DNA from: Minisyncoccota bacterium
GTDB taxonomy: Bacteria; Patescibacteriota; Minisyncoccia; Phycocordibacterales; UBA9973
Reading direction: 5' to 3'
Length of the DNA stretch: 64,000 bases
NCBI GenBank assembly: GCA_041664285.1
Contig: JBAYLA010000003.1
Location: forward strand, 4,684 to 68,683
Part shown: in pieces, positions 58,969 through 64,000 of the stretch
Layout of the letters: every line of letters begins with the position of its first letter
How positions within the stretch are numbered: position 1 is the first letter of the stretch
Translations under genes and position numbers: made by a program
Notes under the pieces: model-generated
Seen by the model: the letters and a program-made list of their open reading frames with translations, nothing else
Told to the model about the DNA's origin: nothing
Databases searched by the model: none

Positions 58969-59310
58969 ATGCAAACAAAACAAGACAAAAGAATAAGACT
59001 GAAAAAGAAGATAAGGGTAAAAATCCAAGGTACGGCAGCACGCCCAAGGCTTACAGTCTTTCGTTCAAATAAATTTATCTATGCTCAAGTTATCAATGAC
59101 CTAACTGGCAAGACTTTGGCGCAAGCAAGCGATGTGAAGATAACTAAGGGGACAAAGAGTGAAAGAGCCAAAGAAGTAGGACGAGCAATCGGAGCTGCTT
59201 GTTTAAAAGCTAAAATCAAGAAAGTTATTTTTGATCGTAATGGATTTAAATATACTGGACGAATTAAATTAGTAGCGGATGAGGCTCGAGCAGGGGGATT
59301 AGAATTTTAA
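58969..59310 (+). CDS. rplR: 50S ribosomal protein L18
   Basis: RPRLTVFRSNK, FDRNG, AGGLEF. Confidence 0.97.
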   Translation: MQTKQDKRIRLKKKIRVKIQGTAARPRLTVFRSNKFIYAQVINDLTGKTLAQASDVKITKGTKSERAKEVGRAIGAACLKAKIKKVIFDRNGFKYTGRIKLVADEARAGGLEF

Positions 59311-59336
59311 CCAAGTAGGTGATTTTATCAAATCAT

Positions 59337-59915
59337 ATGGATAAACCAAAAGACAACATAAGAGACAACAAAAAGAATTCTGGTCGTCGCGGATCATCTT
59401 TTAACAGAGTGAAGCCAGAATTTGATCAAAAGATCTTGAACATTCGTCGTGTTACCCGTGTGGTGGCTGGCGGAAGAAGATTTTCTTTTAGTGTTGCTAT
59501 CGTTGCAGGGGATAGAAAAGGAAGTGTTGGTTTAGGTTTAGGAAAAGCTGGAGATACAGCCTTAGCAATCAACAAAGCGCTTCGAAATGCCAAGAAAAAT
59601 ATGGTTAGATTGAATCTTACAAAAACCATGTCTATTCCTCATGAACTTTCTGCTAAATTTTCAAGTTCCTATATTATGCTTATGCCGAACAAGGGGCGTG
59701 GGCTTGTAGCGGGTTCAGTTGTTCGTGATATTGTGAAACTTTCTGGAGTGAAAGATGTCACAGGCAAGATTCTTTCTAATAGTAAAAATAAGTTAAACAA
59801 TGCGAAAGCAGTGATGGCAGCCCTTTCTCAAATTTCTTCCAAATACACAAAGATAGTTCCAGAAAGTGTCGTGATTGCCAATAAAGAAGTTGTTATTCCT
59901 GAAGTAGAAAAATAA
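59337..59915 (+). CDS. rpsE: 30S ribosomal protein S5
   Basis: RVTRVVAGGRRFSF; ATG 59337 preferred. Confidence 0.96.
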   Translation: MDKPKDNIRDNKKNSGRRGSSFNRVKPEFDQKILNIRRVTRVVAGGRRFSFSVAIVAGDRKGSVGLGLGKAGDTALAINKALRNAKKNMVRLNLTKTMSIPHELSAKFSSSYIMLMPNKGRGLVAGSVVRDIVKLSGVKDVTGKILSNSKNKLNNAKAVMAALSQISSKYTKIVPESVVIANKEVVIPEVEK

Positions 59916-59916
59916 T

Positions 59917-60219
59917 ATGCAAATACATAATTTAAAAAGAAAACATAAGAACAAAAAAGATAGACTTGTTGGCCGTGGAGGTAAACATGCAAAAACTTCT
60001 GGCCGTGGAGGCAAGGGACAGACAGCTCGTGCTGGAAACAAGCGTCGTCCTGAACTTCGTGATATCATAAAGAAGTTACCTAAGAATCGTGGTTATCAAT
60101 TCAAATCCATTCAGAAAGTCTTTATCTTAGGAAAGGATAAGCTTACCACGAAAGAAGAAAAGTTTTCTGAGATCAGAAAAAGACTAGGAATCAAAGGGAA
60201 GAAGATTAAAATTAAGTAA
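59917..60219 (+). CDS. rplO: 50S ribosomal protein L15 (C-terminally reduced)
   Basis: VGRGG..KTSGRGGKGQTAR, KLPK.RG. Confidence 0.9.
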   Translation: MQIHNLKRKHKNKKDRLVGRGGKHAKTSGRGGKGQTARAGNKRRPELRDIIKKLPKNRGYQFKSIQKVFILGKDKLTTKEEKFSEIRKRLGIKGKKIKIK

Positions 60220-60236
60220 TTTTAAAAACATAAAAC

Positions 60237-61508
60237 ATGCAGAATTTCTGGAATAAAATAAAATTAATTTGGACAGACACAACCTTACGCAATAAAGTTT
60301 TATTTGTTTTTTTTGCATTGATAATTTTTAGATTACTTTCTGCTATTCCAATTCCAGGAATTGATGCTGTGGAGCTTAGTAGATTTCTCTCTAATAACCA
60401 ATTTTTTGGGATTTTAAATATATTCTCTGGAGGTGGACTTTCTAATCTTTCTATCATCATGCTTGGAGTGGGTCCATATATTACTGGTTCTATTATCATG
60501 CAGCTTCTTACTATCATGGTTCCTTCTTTGAAGAGGATTTATCACGAGGAAGGAGAAGCAGGGAGAAAGAAGTTTTCTCAATATTCTAGATTACTCACTG
60601 TTCCACTTGCGGCCATTCAGGGTTTTAGTCTTTTGTATATTCTTGAACAGCAAAATATTTTAGTTAATTTAACCACCTTTGATCGTATTACCAACTTGCT
60701 AATAGTAGTTGCTGGTTCAGTATTGATTATGTGGGTGGGTGAACTCATTTCTGAGTTTGGTATTGGTAATGGAGTGTCACTTATAATTTTTGCTGGTATT
60801 GTCTCTAGGCTTCCGTCTTGGGTTAATGAGCATATTTTCACTTTTGATGTTTCTCAAATTCCTATGTATTTAGTATTTGCCGTAGTGGCGATAATTATTT
60901 TGGCGGGTATTGTATTGGTCACTGAAGCAGAACGTCCAATTCCTGTTACTTATGCGAAACGTGTCCGAGGAATGAAAATGTATGGTGGAGGCTCTACTTA
61001 TTTGCCTTTACGTGTTAACCAAGCTGGAGTTATTCCAATAATTTTTGCGCTTTCTATTTTGCTTTTTCCGCAAATGATTGGGGCTTTCTTGTCTCGTTTT
61101 AGCAATCCAATTATTTCAAGTATCTCTGATTTCCTTATGGCCTTTACTCAAACGAGTGTGATTTATGCAATATTTTATTTTATTTTTGTCTTTCTCTTTA
61201 CTTACTTTTACACAGCTGTTACTTTTGACCCTGAAGCGCTTTCCACTAATTTACAAAAAAATGGTGCCTTTATTCCAGGTATTCGTCCGGGTGTTTCTAC
61301 CTCTGAATACATTTCGAAAGTATTGAGTCGGATAACTCTTTTAGGAGCTACATTCTTAGGAATTGTTGCCATCCTGCCTTTAGTTATGCAATTCATCACT
61401 GGGAACACTTCTTTTGCCCTAGGAGGTACGTCTATCCTGATCGTTGTTTCTGTTGTTCTAGACTTAATCAAAAAAGTCGACGCACAGATCTCCATGCGAG
61501 AGTATTAA
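60237..61508 (+). CDS. secY: Preprotein translocase subunit SecY
   Basis: LGVGPYITGSII, GIGNGVSLIIFAGI, IPGIRPG, GGTSILIVV. Confidence 0.98.
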   Translation: MQNFWNKIKLIWTDTTLRNKVLFVFFALIIFRLLSAIPIPGIDAVELSRFLSNNQFFGILNIFSGGGLSNLSIIMLGVGPYITGSIIMQLLTIMVPSLKRIYHEEGEAGRKKFSQYSRLLTVPLAAIQGFSLLYILEQQNILVNLTTFDRITNLLIVVAGSVLIMWVGELISEFGIGNGVSLIIFAGIVSRLPSWVNEHIFTFDVSQIPMYLVFAVVAIIILAGIVLVTEAERPIPVTYAKRVRGMKMYGGGSTYLPLRVNQAGVIPIIFALSILLFPQMIGAFLSRFSNPIISSISDFLMAFTQTSVIYAIFYFIFVFLFTYFYTAVTFDPEALSTNLQKNGAFIPGIRPGVSTSEYISKVLSRITLLGATFLGIVAILPLVMQFITGNTSFALGGTSILIVVSVVLDLIKKVDAQISMREY

Positions 61509-61569
61509 AAGACTAGGTAAGTTTTTAACCAAAAAAATAATTTGTTCTAATAAATAAAGAAAAATTTTT

Positions 61570-61752
61570 ATGGAAAGTAATGGTATTGAAAAAAACAAAA
61601 GAAGAGTTGAAATAAGTAATAGAATGAAAGCTATAGAGCAAGAGAGGATAGCTTTAAATGAAATAATAAAACAAAAAGCTGCCGAAGAATTTAGCAAGTT
61701 ACAGCAATTAGATGTTGAATATAAACAACTTGATAAAGAATTAAAAAGCTAA
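61570..61752 (+). CDS. Small coiled-coil hypothetical protein
   Basis: 60-aa ORF rich in E/K/Q/L heptads. Confidence 0.5.
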   Translation: MESNGIEKNKRRVEISNRMKAIEQERIALNEIIKQKAAEEFSKLQQLDVEYKQLDKELKS

Positions 61753-61772
61753 AATTTTAAGTTAAGTTCTAT

Positions 61773-62372
61773 CTAACGCAACTTCTTGTACTCCTCAATC
61801 TCTTTTAGAATATCCTTTGCAACTTTTGGGATAGGCTGATTGCCGTTGATTATTTTTATTTTATTTAAACTCTTAAAATATTTTACAGTTTTACTGACTT
61901 GTTTTTTGTGATAATTAATTCTTTTAGCGATAATTTTTTTTGTATCAAGCACTCTATAAATAGCTTTCATTTTTCCCTTACTTCGTTTTAATGAACGTCT
62001 ATAAACTTCCTTATCGGGTAGGTTAATATAAAAAGCTAAAAAGTCTTCCTTGCGTGAATCCAGCATTTTTTTTAAGAGTTGGGCTTCTGGTTTTAGTCTT
62101 CCCCCTAGAAAAAGTAAGTTCTTGTTTTTAGGTTTATTGTTTATTTCTTTAATTAAAAATTTTTTTATCAAAACAACCGGCAATGGTAGACCTTTTCCTG
62201 TTGTTCTTCTAGCTAAATCACCATTTTTGCTTTTTTCTTTTAAAAGATTACGAGAATACACCCCTGTTTCTACAAATTTTAAAGCATATTTCTTTTTTAG
62301 AATATTAGCTTGGGTTTCTTTGCCGGAGGCTATCATTCCTAGAAGTACTATGTTAAATCCAAGCTTTTTCAT
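61773..62372 (-). CDS. Divergent adenylate kinase-like NMP kinase
   Basis: P-loop GMIASGKETQ, GLPLP, INGNQPI; very basic. Confidence 0.8.
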   Translation of the reverse strand: MKKLGFNIVLLGMIASGKETQANILKKKYALKFVETGVYSRNLLKEKSKNGDLARRTTGKGLPLPVVLIKKFLIKEINNKPKNKNLLFLGGRLKPEAQLLKKMLDSRKEDFLAFYINLPDKEVYRRSLKRSKGKMKAIYRVLDTKKIIAKRINYHKKQVSKTVKYFKSLNKIKIINGNQPIPKVAKDILKEIEEYKKLR

Positions 62373-62433
62373 AATAAAGTCATTCTATTACAAAACCCTT
62401 GATTATTCAAGCTAAATTTTGTATTGTTAACTT

Positions 62434-63024
62434 ATGCAAACGCAAACTTTCGTATTTTTTGGAATCATTGGCTCCGGCAAGGGAACTCAGGTTGATTTGT
62501 TGCGAAAATATCTAAAAGACAAGAACATAGCTTCTGATATTTTATATACATCTACAGGTGATGAATTCAGAAAGGTTATTGGGAGTGGTAGTTATACTGG
62601 ACAAATAATAAAAGAAACTCTTGAAAAAGGATTTTTACAGCCTAACTTTATTACCACCAGTTTATTTACCAACATACTGATTTCCGGAATGAAAAATGAC
62701 ACCTGCCTGATCGCTGATGGATATCCACGAACTATTGCGCAGTCAGAAAGTTTTGAAGCAATGATGAAGTTTTATAAAAGAGAAAATATAAAAATTATTT
62801 ACATTGAATTATCCGAGCAAGAAGCGATGAAAAGAAATTTACTACGAGGCAGAACTGATGATACAGAAGAAGGAATTAAGAAAAGATTTGATGAATACAT
62901 AAATAACGTAGTTCCTTCCTTAAATTATTTCAAAGGAAAAGAGAATTATACAATTTTCACGATCAATGGAGAGCAAACGGTAGAAAATGTGCACCAAGAT
63001 ATCATTAAGGCCTTGAATTTTTAA
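62434..63024 (+). CDS. adk: Adenylate kinase (short LID type)
   Basis: GIIGSGKGTQ, STGDEFR, DGYPR, RGRTDD. Confidence 0.9.
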   Translation: MQTQTFVFFGIIGSGKGTQVDLLRKYLKDKNIASDILYTSTGDEFRKVIGSGSYTGQIIKETLEKGFLQPNFITTSLFTNILISGMKNDTCLIADGYPRTIAQSESFEAMMKFYKRENIKIIYIELSEQEAMKRNLLRGRTDDTEEGIKKRFDEYINNVVPSLNYFKGKENYTIFTINGEQTVENVHQDIIKALNF

Positions 63025-63025
63025 T

Positions 63026-63706
63026 ATGGAAGAAACAATTGTAATTTCACTTGGAGGTTCGCTCATCATCCCTGATGAACTAGACATCAATTTTTTAAAA
63101 GAATTCAGAACTCTAATCCTTTCTCAAGTTGCAAAAGGTAAAAAGTTTGTGATTATTACTGGAGGAGGAAAAATTAATAGAAAATACAATGAAGCAGCCA
63201 AGGAAATTACTAATCCTTCCCACGAAGATCTAGATTGGATCGGCATAGCGGCTCTTAAATTAAATGCAGAGTTGTTAAGAGTTATATTTGGTGAATATGC
63301 ATACAAAGAAGTGATTTCTAATCTTTCTAATAAATTTCCCTTTGAAAAATCAATTATTATTGGTTCGGCTTATAAACCGGGAAGTAGTTCTGATTTGGAT
63401 GCAGTATTGGCTGCCAAGACAATTGGAGCAAAAAAAATAATTAATCTATCAAATATTGATTATGTTTACGATTCTGATCCTAAAAAAAATCCAGATGCTA
63501 AAAAAATTGAAAATATATCTTGGGTAGATTATCGAACTCTAATTCCTACTGACTGGACTCCCAGACTTAATTCGCCACTTGATCCTATTGCTTCAAAGAT
63601 GGCAGAAGAGGCAGGCTTAGAAGTGATGATTATGAATGGCAAACCAATTGACAATCTGGCTAAATGCTTAAATGGAGAGAAATTTCAGGGAACTATTATT
63701 TCATAG
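63026..63706 (+). CDS. pyrH: UMP kinase (archaeal-type PyrH)
   Basis: VISLGGSLI, GGGK..RKY, DWIGI, PGSSSD, VYDSDP. Confidence 0.9.
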   Translation: MEETIVISLGGSLIIPDELDINFLKEFRTLILSQVAKGKKFVIITGGGKINRKYNEAAKEITNPSHEDLDWIGIAALKLNAELLRVIFGEYAYKEVISNLSNKFPFEKSIIIGSAYKPGSSSDLDAVLAAKTIGAKKIINLSNIDYVYDSDPKKNPDAKKIENISWVDYRTLIPTDWTPRLNSPLDPIASKMAEEAGLEVMIMNGKPIDNLAKCLNGEKFQGTIIS

Positions 63707-63710
63707 CAGC

Positions 63711-63834
63711 AAAACTTTTAAAAATCAAATTTTTTTCGGCACAGAATTTTCAAGAAACATTCAGCCTTAAAAATCTTGGAGTTCAGAGCTCGACAGCCTC
63801 GAAACCCCTGCAAAAGTTTATTTTAAAAAGTTTT
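63711..63834. repeat. Dispersed structured repeat family A, copy 3 (more diverged)
   Basis: TTTTTTCGGCACAGAATTTT...AAAAATCTTGGAGTTC...CAGCCTCGAAACCCCTGCAAAAGTTTA aligns with copies 1 and 2. Confidence 0.75.
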
Positions 63835-63846
63835 ACAAAAATTTTT

Positions 63847-64000
63847 ATGATAATTATAAAAACACCAAAAGAGATAGAAATCATTCGCGAAGGTGGCAAG
63901 CACTTAGCAACCGTTCTTTATAAAATAAAAGAAATGGTGAAGCCGGGTATTTCTACGAAAGACTTAGATATTTATGCGGAAAAACTAATTCGGGACATAG
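63847..64000 (+). CDS. map: Methionine aminopeptidase (partial)
   Basis: MIIIKTPKEIEIIREGGK...VKPGISTKDLD; canonical position after adk. Confidence 0.88.
   Translation, partial: MIIIKTPKEIEIIREGGKHLATVLYKIKEMVKPGISTKDLDIYAEKLIRDI

Noticed and set aside
1-64000. Alternative genetic code 25 (as in Gracilibacteria/Absconditabacteria)
   Set aside because: Conserved genes are full length under code 11 and TGA ends genes at expected positions (e.g. 20140, 30845)

Overview
This is an AT-rich bacterial chromosome segment read in genetic code 11. Gene content points to a Patescibacteria/CPR (Parcubacteria, Nomurabacteria-like) genome, which is an inference: there is no rpmD between rpsE and rplO, no rplA after rplK, an archaeal-type pyrH, pilMNO, CPR-typical Cys-rich proteins, and mostly SD-less or apparently leaderless genes. 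Region 1-19 kb is accessory. It holds an ECF sigma/anti-sigma MacAB-type ABC efflux operon, a TSP1-repeat surface protein, and an eight-gene signalling island next to tRNA-Ser. The island has two V4R/H-NOX-like proteins, two kinase-less membrane sensors ending in a RELKMxELK coil, two PAS histidine kinases with an ALLNxLED coil, a REC-REC regulator and an HD protein. Region 19-45 kb mixes housekeeping genes, four more tRNAs (six in the window), two Cys-rich paralogs, a frameshifted P-type ATPase and a YhhQ/CofE-like/ATP-grasp/dCMP deaminase/MazG/folA/thyA cluster. Region 46-64 kb is the str-S10-spc ribosomal cluster, interrupted by a small SD-led ORF cassette. Two families of dispersed structured palindromic repeats occur, one with compensatory stem changes. 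No rRNA, CRISPR array, transposase or integrase was seen. All product calls come from motif recognition by eye, not database searches.
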